Below, piece by piece: positions 51,956 through 64,000 of a DNA stretch of 64,000 nt. Source of the stretch: Octopus vulgaris (taxonomy: Eukaryota); NCBI GenBank assembly GCA_951406725.2, contig OX597818.1, positions 72,788,001 to 72,852,000 of the forward strand, written 5' to 3'. Positions within the stretch are counted from its first letter, which is position 1; the number at the start of each line of letters is the position of its first letter. The translations under genes were made by a program, and so were the position numbers. The notes beneath the pieces were generated by a model, which was not told the DNA's origin, searched no databases, and saw only the letters and a program-made list of their open reading frames with translations.

Positions 51956-53794
51956 TATATATATCAACATATATATAAATACGTTTGTGTGTTGGTGTGT
52001 GTGTATGTGTATTTGTATTTGCGCATTGTGTGTGAAATGCATTGCTGCTCACGTAGGATGTGGAAGTCGATAAAGCTATAAGTAATAGCTTTCATAATGT
52101 TCCGTGAAATATTTAAAAAAAATTAAGTTGAAATCTGCCGTCTTTCAGGGGGGCCTTTGATTTTTCCCCTTGGAAACAACATTCTAAATGCTTTCATTTC
52201 CAGTTAAAAAGAACTTATTTCATATTTCTGAAAGGTTCTAAGTCTTCACAACATAATCAATATATACATGCATTTATATACATGTGTACGTGTGTGTGTG
52301 TGTGTGTGTGAGAGAGTGTGTGCTTATGTGTGTGTGTGTACATTATAAAACTACTTTTCTGTAATGAATTTCTAACAGGAAATACCTTACATGTTTCCAC
52401 TATGCAAAACTCTGTAACTCCTGTTAGCAAATGAAACGTGTAACAGAGAATAGATAATAACAACAACATTCATTTCCTTGTTTTGTTATATTCAACAAAC
52501 AATATTGCGATAATTCTCAATTTTGATATGTATTTTGATGGACAGACATTAACTACGGATACAGGTTGACTGTAAAAATGGAATAAGCAAATATTCATCA
52601 AGAGGAAACAACTGGGATTTACCTTACTACCTATATAATACGTACATATACACCTGTGACTGTATGACCAAATTACTTTTAATGACATTGTATTATGGCA
52701 TTCTCGTATTTTGCTGGGATATTTGACATGAAAATGTGTACTCAAGTAAAATTGGTTTAGATTTACTATATGTGATATATGTGATGTATCAGTTTTCCAT
52801 TGTTATGAGAAGCAATGTAACCTTAGAATGTGTTAATTGGGGCACAGTACGAATTATCGTGGTATACATACATACACATATATATAAAGATAAGTTTTTA
52901 GTTTCCTTAAGTTTTATTGAGTAAGCAGATACCGGACGAGAATATGTAATTCTCGGATTTTGAATATCATTTATACAGTGTGCAGTGTATATATTTTGCG
53001 GAGTTTCTTTATCTTTTACTTTAAAAATAATTTTTAGATGGTATTCAAGCGATTACTATAAAAACATTTGCCCTGCTGCGAATCAGATATGTTGCTGTAT
53101 ATGTAAATACTACTATCAACCGAGAGTAAACAATAATTTTTAAAGAACAAAGAACGCATTTGTTTCTGTCTTGTATGTAAAATTATCAACTCTGTATTGC
53201 TGAATTTGTGATATGATCTTTTAACCCTTTGATATAAAGGTGAAGTGTCAGAAAATATATTTCGGTATATATCATCTTCAAAAAGCGTAAGGTATAAGTA
53301 ATCTCAAGATATTTGAATAGATTAACTGATATATTATATCAGTTAATCAATGACCAATGCTAAAACTATAACCAAACTATGCAGAAGTATGGCAAAACAA
53401 GAAAAACTGTAACAAGAAACAAACTGATAATGTAATGGGGATAGATGGAAGCACATTTGACCTCGGTGGAATTCTCCCGACTCTCTTCTGCCATTCCACT
53501 GCTCTCTTTCATGGTTTGTAATAAAACACTTTCAACATACCAAAATCAAAAGTAAAAGAAATGAAAGAATTCAAATAAAACAACTCTTTGAACGTGCAAC
53601 TAAATCCAATAAACAGAAAAAACTGAAACGGTTCTACAAATGCAAAACACCATGGCGCGAAATTCTGTTCACTGAGACCAATTAAAAGAATATATCAACG
53701 TGGTGAATGCTCCGATACTTTCAGTAGTAGACACCAACCCCAGGAGAGTGGAGCAGAATTAAGAGCAAACGACTTCTGCACTCTCTTTCAAAAA

Positions 53795-53838
53795 TAATAA
53801 TGATGATGATGATGATGATGATAGTTATAATAATAATA

Positions 53839-53901
<63 letters not shown>

Positions 53902-53904
53902 ATG

Positions 53905-53950
<46 letters not shown>
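53795..53950. repeat. Compound (GAT)n/(GAG)n/(TAA)n microsatellite
   Basis: Direct reading. Confidence 0.9.
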
Positions 53951-53951
<1 letters not shown>

Positions 53952-55169
53952 TCCCAAATCAAATGAAACAACAAAACCAGAAAACTACAGGACATAGAAA
54001 GACTATATATACAACGTATAGAAGGTGGTAGAGGCCTTATACAGCTGGAAAACTACTATAAAATAACCACCATAGGACTGCAAAAATACCTACTTCAGAA
54101 GGAAGGAAAACTGATCCAGATAGCAGCAAAACACGAGCAAAACAAAAAACTGTTCTCAGTATTTAAGGAAGCTGACAAATACAAACAAGAAATCATACCA
54201 CCTAATAAACACAAAGAAGAAGAAGAAGATGATGAAGAAACAACAAAAGCTATAAAACAAATGAAATCCAAACTAAAAATAGAACAGCAACGAGCCATGA
54301 TAAAACGATGGCAAGAAAAACCCCTTCATGGTAAATACTGCACTAAACTAAACACAAAAGAAATAGACAAAGAAAAATCCCAGCAATGGTTGAGAAGCTC
54401 AGGACTCAAAGCAGAAACAGAGGGATTCTTAATTGCAGCACAAGACCAAAGCCTCCCCACCAGAAATTACCAAAAACATGTAATGAAAAGAAATATTACA
54501 AGTAACTGCAGAATATGTGGAGATGGACAAGAAACAATAAATCATATTATCTCTAGCTGCCCAGTCCTGGCTAAGAAGGAATATATTCACAGACATGACA
54601 GAGTTGGAACCTACATACATTGGAAGCTATGCCAACATTATGGAATAACAACAGAAAAAAGATGGTATAGGCACACACCAGAAAAGGTCACAGAAAACGA
54701 GAAAGCAACCATACTCTGGGATATGCCGATACACACAGATAGAGAAATTAAGGCCAACAGACCAGATATAGTTGTCAGAGATCATGAAGAAAAAAATGCT
54801 TTCTAATTGATGTATCAATACCGGCAGATGACAACCTGTCTCTAAAAGAAATGGAGAAACTCTCAAAATACAAAGACCTGGAAATAGAGATAACTAGAAT
54901 GTGGAACCTGAAAACAGAAACAATTCCTATCATAGTAGGTGCATTAGGCATGATAAAAAAATATTCAGACAAATACATAACAAAAACACCAGGACTTACA
55001 AACACATATAACATACAGAAAATTGCACTACTAGGCACTGCACACATCCTACGCAGAACACTTTCCATACAATAACCATCAGAGCATCACAACAAATCAC
55101 AGCACATACCCAAGGCACACAGAGCTGTGCTCGGTAGTGAAGTGAAAGCACGCTATAAAAATAAAACTA

Positions 55170-55172
<3 letters not shown>
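53951..55172 (+). mobile_element. 5'-truncated R4/Dong-like non-LTR retrotransposon (CCHC plus restriction-like endonuclease) inserted in (TAA)n
   Basis: 54261-54806 CRICGDGQETINHIISSC...RHD...ILWD...NRPDIVV; frameshift in an A-run near 54790; 54851-55075 EKLSKYKDL...PIIVGALG; (TAA)n on both sides. Confidence 0.92.
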
Positions 55173-55228
<56 letters not shown>

Positions 55229-55230
<2 letters not shown>

Positions 55231-55779
55231 CAGCAGTACCAGGCAGTGGCTCTCATGGCTTCTGATCTTAACTGATTGGAAGTGTTATCACGTACATTGT
55301 TTTGTCTTGGTATAAAAGATGGGCTATAGCAAATATTCTGCTCAATACCACAGATTTGCTTGTCAGTTGTTTGACCGTAACCAGTTGAGCATGTCCCTTA
55401 GTGGCTGACGTTATGTGCATCTCTGATCACGAGCAGAAGTAGTGGGGGAGCATCATAGCCATGTGTTGAGAGGGATTCTTTGGGGTTTGAATAATTCACC
55501 TCTGGAAACATGGGTGGTTCTTTCAACATCCTTAAACAACCCTTATTCAGGGACCTTTTGAGCGGGATGGGCTACTCACCCTGAAGAAAATTCTAACTGG
55601 GCCCCACCTGCAAGGTCATATGCTGTTTATCTTGATATGAGATCACCATGTCGCGCACATATGGTTGTGATGCATGTGCCTGGTGTACCCTTATCAGACG
55701 GGTAGTCATGATGGGTATATTGGGCTTCGTATATTTTACCCCAGTGTCACTTTGATGGCATGCACTGCTCTCTCACTCA
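55229..55779. mobile_element. ~550-bp non-coding repeat-like insert bounded by (TAA)n
   Basis: GC-richer block sharply bounded by (AAT)n at both ends; no ORF in the track. Confidence 0.5.
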
Positions 55780-55804
55780 ATAATAATAATAATAATAATA
55801 ATTC

Positions 55805-58461
55805 TTTTAATAGCCAGGAGGACTCACAATGAAAAACATTAAAAGACATAAATCAACATAAAAGACAAAAACAAGACGATACAATGGGTGTTCCGCGTGT
55901 AAACAATATAAATAACAATAAAAAAAATTAAACAAATTAAGACTCCCAATAGGGGATGGGCGATTTAAGGTCTTCGTGGAATTACAAGTGCACACTCAGA
56001 ATTGGTCCTTTCACGCTAGTCATTCTTCCAACATTCACTCATCTTTCAACAAACTTGCTACAAAGCAACACTGCCCTCTCCTCCCTAAACTTCCTGTTCA
56101 AATGAATATTGAAAAAGTTGATGAGGGTTTGGCCAAAGGGGTAAGTGTCTGTCTTTGGCCCACGCCTCCGTTCTGGTCAACCAAAGACCAAATGATTGCT
56201 TTATTGCCACTTTTCGCCTCCATTACGCCGGCCCATTGTAACGCTTTCGTTCCCTCTCCGCTTAGTGAACGTGTCTTAGCTCTGACAACGCAGCCTTCGT
56301 GTTTGGCGTCGAAAAATTGCTCGGGGGACAACCTAACCGACAACAAGTGAGTTGCGATGCCTTTCCTAAGCGCCTCCTCTAACTTTCTAACTAAATCACC
56401 CTCTATTCTATTTCTCACTACCGATAATGCCTTGCTAAACCTAAAGGTCTCTACTCTAATTGCCCGTTTAAGAGCAAACCACCAGTTGTTGTTAACTAAT
56501 TCGTTAATCCGGTCTCTGTAAGCCTATCTTATTCGACCGTACCGATCATAAATTTGTGGTCTGAGTAGCCGAGTATGTGAAATTATAGACACCCTATGCT
56601 ACTTTTGTCCACTGGCCTACAACATAATCTATCTAGATACGATCTAAATGACTCGATGGGGTAATCTGGTCGGTACCTTCCAGACAACTGAATATGTCTG
56701 AGCAGGTTTCCGAGGCATTTGCCCACACCTCTCCTATAAGATACGCCCACGCAATCAAAACGTTCATCTAAGACAGCGTTTCAATCCCCTACTATTACTA
56801 AATTCCGAGACGTTCCCAGTAATCAGACTGCCCTGCCCCTGTCGGAACATAGGCAGCCACAAGTCTTAAAGCACCGACGTCATTGCTGTTCAGATATAGG
56901 ACCACCAACTTACTTCTGGATGCAGGAAGACTGCCTTTATTTTTAAATCCAGACTCTATAGGAAAAGCACCTCAGTACCACCACCGCCCCTTCGTAGACG
57001 ACACGGAAATGGAAAAAACCTCGTATCCACCGAAAAAGGGACCTCAGGTCATTTACACGGTGACCTTGTTTCCAAGGTGACCAGAGCCCCTTGACATTTA
57101 TACAACATATTCTGACCATCACCATTTTAAAATAAATTTAGTATGGAGAAGAGCTCCACTTACTATTGTTGTCTGGCAGGAGTGTCCCCCTGGTCTTTGT
57201 TGTGGGCGTTTCCACGAGGTTTTTACACAGTCTCTTAGAGAATGTTTTTTGGAATAACATAACAGCATTTGGAAAATTAATTTTTAATGTGTTGTAGGTG
57301 TCCTATTTTAGTTTTAAAATTTGCATGTGTGGTGGTGGACATTGTGTGTTGGGAAGATAAAGTCTTCCATTGTGGTATATGTGTTTTCTCTAACGTATAT
57401 AACAAGTGGTGTATTGTTGTTATCGATAGCTGTGAGGTTGGTGGTGTTTGTGTTGTGTCTGTGTTTGAGGTGGTAGTGATGGTGGAGGTGGTGTCGTTGT
57501 AAGTAACTGTGTGTGCTGCTGTTGGGAAGTTCCTCCTCTTTGCGCCTCCCCCTCTTCTACTTTTTTGAGGAGGAACTGTTTGCCACTCCCCCCTCTCGAC
57601 CTTAGTACTGGAACAGTCCGAGTTGTTTTGGTCAGGAAGGGGGATATTCTCTCGCTCATCATTTTACTGGGGTTTATTTGTTGCTGCTGTTACTGCTACA
57701 GTAGTTGTTGTTGGTGGTGTTACTGCTACTAGTTGTAGTAGTACTCCGACTGGTGGTGGTGTCACTCCGACTGGTGTTGGTGGTGGTACTCAAGCTGGTG
57801 GTGATGGTGGTATTCCGGTTGGTCTCTTTGTTGTTGGAGGTGCCCTGGCGGCAGCTGGAGGCAGCGTCGCTGTTACTATTGCTGGTAGTGATGGAGTTGA
57901 TTTCTGCTGCTGCTGTTGTCGCTGCTGCTGCACTTGAGGGGCCCCCGTTTCTGCTGTCGCTTGTAGCTTCCGTCGCGTCTCTTTGTATTTGGGGCAGTCG
58001 AGCTTGAAGTGCTGATCTCTTTCACAAAAGTAGCACCTCGGCCTCCTTCCCTTCACGGCCACGTGTAGTATCGTACCGTCCGGTAAGTTTATAGAGTCAG
58101 GGATAGAATTTAGGGCTTCTTGTTTAATTTGAACGAGGAGCTCCTCTCCAATCTCTGATCCGTCGAATTGTGCAATTTATTCTCCTCCAGTATTGTGGCG
58201 GTATCCTTTATGTGCAAGAGGACAGCCGCCACCAGCCAACATATATCTATTTTGGAGGGCACCTTTCCAATTTGTATTTTTGTAACGTGCCGACCTAGGT
58301 ATGGAGCAGGAATTCTTCAGTTTTTAGTGGCATTGTGGAATGCTGTTTTGCTCTTCTTCTGTTGCAAAACGCACTTCCACAGAGCCGAAGCGTCTTCCAC
58401 GCATCACATGTTTTCTTGTTTTAATGCTATTTCCAGTTGCTGTTGAGTCGCTCGCTCCACT

Positions 58462-58507
<46 letters not shown>

Positions 58508-59110
58508 TCAATGTTCTGTAGATCACCGTTATTTTTTTATGCGTTTCTAATATCAGATATTGTGGGGTGTTAAGTAAAATATTATTCTCTTCCTTAACAA
58601 CCCCTTTACATTTTTTAAAGTCATCGAAAGTTAACGGAAATGCCTGGTTTGTTTCACCGCGGAGGCGAATCCGTTGCCGCTTGGTTTGTCGTTGTTGTTC
58701 TTGTTTGACTTTTCTGTTTTGTCTGTGTTCATGTCGGGGTTGGCGGTATTTTCCTGACATTTTTCTTGTTTTTCCATGTTAATGGTGTTGTAGGCGCTGT
58801 TAGTGGTGTTGGTACTTATGCTGTTCAGAGGGAGAAATCTTCGCAGTAGTGCCCGTCAGGACAACCGTGCCATTTCCCTCGACAGAGGAAGCCATCTTGC
58901 TCATCGTTTGACGAAAAAAAAAAGAATATTTTTGATGGACAAAATGTTCAAAATTCGCCTCTAAAAGGGAGGACTATTCACAAAAGAACCCCTTTTGCAC
59001 AGCAAAAGGGGTTTAGGAAACAAAAACAGGGAAATAAAGCAGTCAAAAATCTTCACAAATCCACAAAATCCCAATTTACGGAGCGCTCAAAACACGGCTT
59101 ACTTCACCGA
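55805..59110 (-). mobile_element. Tx1/L1-like LINE with ORF1, APE and a large internal ORF2 deletion
   Basis: VKGRRPRCYFCERDQHFKLDC (57790-58062); MVMVRICCINVKGL (56943-57125); AKHEGCVVRAK (56098-56418, homologous to ~46680-46720); T-rich 3' end at (ATT)n. Confidence 0.9.
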
Positions 59111-59405
59111 CACAACAACAACAACAACAACAATCCTACTACTACTTCTGCTGCTGCTGCTGCTGCTACTACTACTACTACTACTACTACTAATAATAAT
59201 AATAATACAAATAATATTTGTAATTTGTGTTCATAGTAAATAATATAGGATCGCAAGACAAGCTGCACAGATGTTCTTTGGGATGACTTAAAAAATAGAA
59301 GTTTTTGATACAGAAATAGTAGACCATATCGAAGAACAACGAAATGAATATATACATACTCGCATACATACACACACACAACGCGCTTACACCGATACAT
59401 GCATG

Positions 59406-59436
<31 letters not shown>

Positions 59437-62249
59437 TTACAAATACCCTCACTAACACACACACACACATATATAAAGATATAACATTAATGTTTCGACG
59501 TAAAGTGGTATCCATCAACATAAACATCTTGTTTAATGATAGATCAAAGATTTTCGACAAGGGCGAGATCACCAACTTTTCAGCTTCTATGCGCTAAGAT
59601 CCTAGGAATGTTTAGGTGGCCCTAGCAGAGTGTGAGGGAGCGCAATATGAAATTCCTTACAAGTGACAACAGTTTGTCACCTAGCCAGGGAACCAAGACC
59701 TCTTTAAGGAAATTCCGGTAGGCGGCTGCGGTTACTTTAACCTCTTCAGGCACTTTGACTGGGCCAATAAGTCTGTCCCCAATGATACTAGACCACAACA
59801 TGTCTCCTCTACCTTGTTGTTGACATCGTAAACGTTTGTTACGGTCGGCTCCAAAATAGACCCAGCCATTTGCTTAACCGTTACGTTCGTCAAGGATCGC
59901 CCTGGTTTCTTCGGTGAACAGAACTCAAATCTAACGTCATGTATTTTGGGTCGACTTAAGCCTCAAACCCATGAGAGGAGGCACTTTCAGGGGTTTTCGC
60001 ATGGAAGTCATGGTCCTGGGGATGCGATTTCTGTTGGGTTTCGGTACATGAGGTAGTCCGGAGGCGGTGAAGATTGCTTTGCATGTTTGTGCAGGTTTCC
60101 TACGTAACTTGCAGTCAAGATTACTTAAATCCCTAGTTGTTACGGTCCTGGAGGTATCACAATCAGATCGGTTCTTCCTTGGCTCTCATGTGGCTAAATA
60201 AAATCATTGTGGTAATAAATATTACAATATTATTATGGTTTTCCGTTACATATATATTCAATGTATGCTAAATATGTATCATTATCCTTCATTTTCTGAA
60301 ACAAAAATGTTTAGATGAGCTATTTACATTCAAGATCTATTAGCGTGGTTCACCCAAAAACTGAAGAAGGTGAAATAAAATTAGAAATCACGTTACACAG
60401 AATAATGGAAACATAACAATTTTGTTGCCATAGTGTGCAAACCAGCTGGGAAATGTTTTATCAAAATCGATTCACAGAAAACCGAGAAATCCTAAATTTT
60501 ACTCCTAAGGTATTAACGTGGTTCTGGGGATAGGTATGTATGTATGTATGTATGTATGTATTTATGTATGTATGTATGTATGTATGTATGTATGTATGTA
60601 TGTATGTATGTATGTATGTATGTATGTATGTATGTGTATATATACACTCACATACTACAAACATACACATATGTGTGTGCGTGAGTAGATCCTTGATACA
60701 GTAAAATGTAGTAGCAGGCGAAATAAGATCAGATTAATGTATGACGTCTGTGACGTTTCCTACAAGACAACCACTGGAATGGTTAGGTACGGTTGATGGA
60801 GAATAACTCTCAACGATATCGATCCAAGTTGAAATGAATTATTCGCCTCTTCGTCTTTTAGGTCGCACACAGCCCCAGTACTCACAGTACTCACAGGTCA
60901 TGTTGATTATAAAGCGTCGAGGTCCACTGTGAAATAGACTAAGTATGGTATCTCAGCACATTCGCTAAAAGTCAATAATTCACAATTTCAGCGTGTTAAG
61001 TTGGAAAAAATATGTATAGAGAGCAGTAACCTGTTTCTTTAGAAATGCCATTCTATTTCCAGCTGAAGTAAACGCTACAGCAGAACTCAATTAAAGCATA
61101 TGTAAGAGATTGGCCATGACATTCAGTAAATTAGATGGACGGCCACCACGTTACATTAACTGATTCTGTACTGGTCTAGATAAAACAAAAATAAGAGAAA
61201 AAATACATAAACGAGTTATACATATTCCATATGCCTGTGTGTGTACCTATATATGGATAAAAAGTATATATATATGCATATATACATATATACATATACA
61301 CATATGTGTGTGTGTGTGAATTTGTGTTTGTGTAGGTGTGTGTGTGTATGTGCGTATATATTTCGGCCTATGAGTTATGAACTATCTGCTTATTCACATA
61401 CGTGATGTAAATGTCGGAATATTCATCGGACAAGTGTACCCTTAAAGTAATTATTTCACAGTCACAGTGACATAATGGTTGTTTAGGTCGACCCATTGTT
61501 TCGTTCTTAGGGTTAGATCGACCTGAGGCTAATGACAGCAAGATGCATGTTTAAAAACCAAGAGAGACAAACGGAACTGCTGTTTCATTCAGTTTAAATA
61601 TTGGCTAATCCTTTTATCTTTTAGTTGTGATATTCATTACAATGCAGCCACATTGAGGTACAGGATTGAAGAGTTTTGTCGAATAAATAAAGCACCACCA
61701 TTATTTACTTTAAATCAGGCATTTATTGTATCGGTCTCTGAACAACCAGCTTACAGAGATATACGAGTAAGGAAAATAGCACATATTGACAGGTGGTGAA
61801 CGGGTAATAAGAGACAGAGACGTACATACATACATACATTCACACACACACACACACATATATACATATATATATATATATATATTTATGCACATACGCA
61901 CAAATATGCATCTATGTGTGGATGCATGTATGTGTGTATGTATGTATGCATTTATGTATGTACATATACGACGGACTTCCGCACACTTATCGTCTCCCGT
62001 ATCTTCTCACAAAGCTTTGGTCTGCACTCGACTATCGTCGGTGCCTGTAACCCAAAATCGAAAATGGATGCATGGCAAGAAAATGTGTTCTGTTATATTG
62101 TCCGATCGCTCTTAAGCGACTATACTGGTAACTCCACCAAGACTGCTTGGCAAGGTTGTTAGTTTATTTGACATCCAGTGAGATGAAAAATAAAACACGT
62201 CAACGGATGGAGGGTCTTGATTGTCAACACCATCCGATAATGTGTGAAG

Positions 62250-62450
62250 TGCCAGGCCTACTGGTTAGGGTGTTGCACTCACGATCGTGAGATCATAGTT
62301 TCTAATCCCAGACCGGTTGTACGCTGTATTCTTGAGCAAAACACTTCATTTAACGTTGCCTCCGTTCTCTCTACTGTTAATGTGCAACCTTGTGATCGAT
62401 TGGCGTACAAGGATGAGATGGTGTCAGAGAAATCACCCGAATAGAGATCT
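62250..62450 (+). mobile_element. tRNA-derived SINE (family of 28403)
   Basis: GGCCTACTGGTTAGGGTG...TATTCTTGAGCAAAACACTT. Confidence 0.6.
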
Positions 62451-63065
62451 TGATATCTACGTTTTGTATTCAGCGGTCGAATGGACGAATAATAAAACTC
62501 CGGCTTCCGAGTGGTTTAGAATGGTTGCTCAGCCACGTCCAAGGCTGATATTTTCAGTTGGGTTTGATACCTAGTAGCGTTCATTGCACTCTTATAGATA
62601 TGTAATATATATCGAAGTAAATATTCGACATATATCGGGAGCAAATGTGTTCGTTTTTTATATTTCGCTTGAATTATTTAAAATTTAGCCATGGTATTTG
62701 ATAGTTATGGATTTCAAAGTAAATAATCGGTAAGGAAACGTCAAAGATGGCATATAATATAATAGATACACATAATAAATGCCCAGATCTTATCAAGTAC
62801 ACGAACCATTGATAAACGAAGCTTTATTACAGAATATTTATTTAAAGGTTTAGCTGCCGAAGTGATGTCAGACATATGACTGTTAAGAAGAAAGCTACTT
62901 GTCAAGAGCCAAACACCCAAGGTTGTGTGAAGCAATATTGGAAGCGTGGGACGGGTCGAGCTAAAGTAAATATAATAAAATTTAAGATGGACAGATAATT
63001 GTAAATTGTTAAATCATTCCTAAGGTATTTTATACAAAGGAGAGTATGAAACTATATTTAATCGT

Positions 63066-63477
63066 AGGCGCAGGAGTGGCTGTGTGGTAAGTAGCTTGCT
63101 TACCAACCGCATGGTTCCGGGTTCAGTCCCACTGCGTGGCATCTTGGGCAAGTGTCTTCTGCTATAGCCTCGGGCCGACCAAAGCCTTGTGAGTGGATTT
63201 GGTAGACGGAAACTGAAAGAAGCCTGTCGTATATAGGTATATATATATGTATGTGTGTGTATATGTTTGTGTGTCTGTGTTTGTCCCTCTAGCATTGCTT
63301 GACAACCGGTGCTGGTGTATTTATGTCCCCGTCACTTAGCGGTTCGGCAAAAGATACCGATAGAATAAGTACTGGGCTTACAAAGAATAAGTCCCGGGGT
63401 CGATTTGCTCGACCAAAGACGGTGCTCCAGCATGGCCGCAGTCAAATGACTGAAACAAGTAAGAGAGTAAGAGAGTA
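63066..63477 (+). mobile_element. Full-length tRNA-derived SINE
   Basis: Near-identical to 22640 and 23611. Confidence 0.9.
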
Positions 63478-63507
63478 TTTTAATTTTATTGTACTATAAA
63501 AAAATAT

Positions 63508-63747
63508 ACTTTTACTTGTGTCAGTCAGTAAGTAGATTGCGGCCATGATGGGGCACCTTCTTAAAGCATCTTCTAATCGAATGTATCGACCCCAATGCTT
63601 TTTTCGTTAAGTCTGTTACTAATTCTATCATCTATTTTTCCGAATCGCTAAGTTGCATGGACGTAAACACATCAACGCCGGTTGTCTAGCAGTTGTAGAC
63701 AACAAATACAAGCTCAAAGACACACACTCGGATATATGTGTGTGTGT

Positions 63748-63791
<44 letters not shown>

Positions 63792-63935
63792 ATGGGTGTG
63801 TGTGTGCGTGTGTGTGAGAGTGTGTGTATAAATAGACATGTAAGTATGTATGTATAGCATGGGTTTTCAGTTTCCTTCTACCAACTCTATTCGGGTGAGA
63901 CTGAACCCGGAACAATGATGTGGTTGAGGTAACAT
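63508..63935 (-). mobile_element. Diverged SINE, tail-to-tail with the 63066 copy
   Basis: TGCGGCCATG, TCGACCCC, TTTCAGTTTCC, GACTGAACCCGGAAC match the reverse complement of the family. Confidence 0.7.
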
Positions 63936-64000
63936 TTTTTCCATAAAATTATGATGAACCTTCCTCCTGTTTTTGAGCTGCGCGTCCATATGTATCTATG

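Noticed and set aside
59715-59760. Minus-strand CTGAAGA-GGTTA/TAACC hammerhead near-match
   Set aside because: Followed by GCAG instead of GAAA; no NUH or stem I closure.

Overview
AT-rich, microsatellite-dense eukaryotic DNA. Its tRNA-SINE families and (TA)n/(TACA)n load suggest an octopus genome (inference). The only host coding sequence I can support is one 110-bp minus-strand exon (10874-10983) encoding ECL1-TM3 of a biogenic-amine GPCR, most likely a D2-like dopamine receptor, so most of the window is probably intron. The rest is nested transposon debris: tRNA-derived SINEs, Tx1/L1-like and RTE LINEs, two R4/Dong-like RLE elements at (TAA)n, a mariner, two related MITEs (one carrying telomere-like CCCTAA repeats), and many Penelope-like element (PLE) pieces inserted at (TA)n. 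The main signal not visible in the ORF track is a swarm of more than 15 minimal type I hammerhead ribozyme (HHR) motifs, read by eye, at PLE-type 3' ends, several with a compensatory U3-A8 core. One non-coding 358-bp tandem unit (40534-41289) has an HHR in each copy and looks like the genomic template of a retrozyme-like circular RNA. All calls are by eye; coordinates of degenerate elements are approximate.
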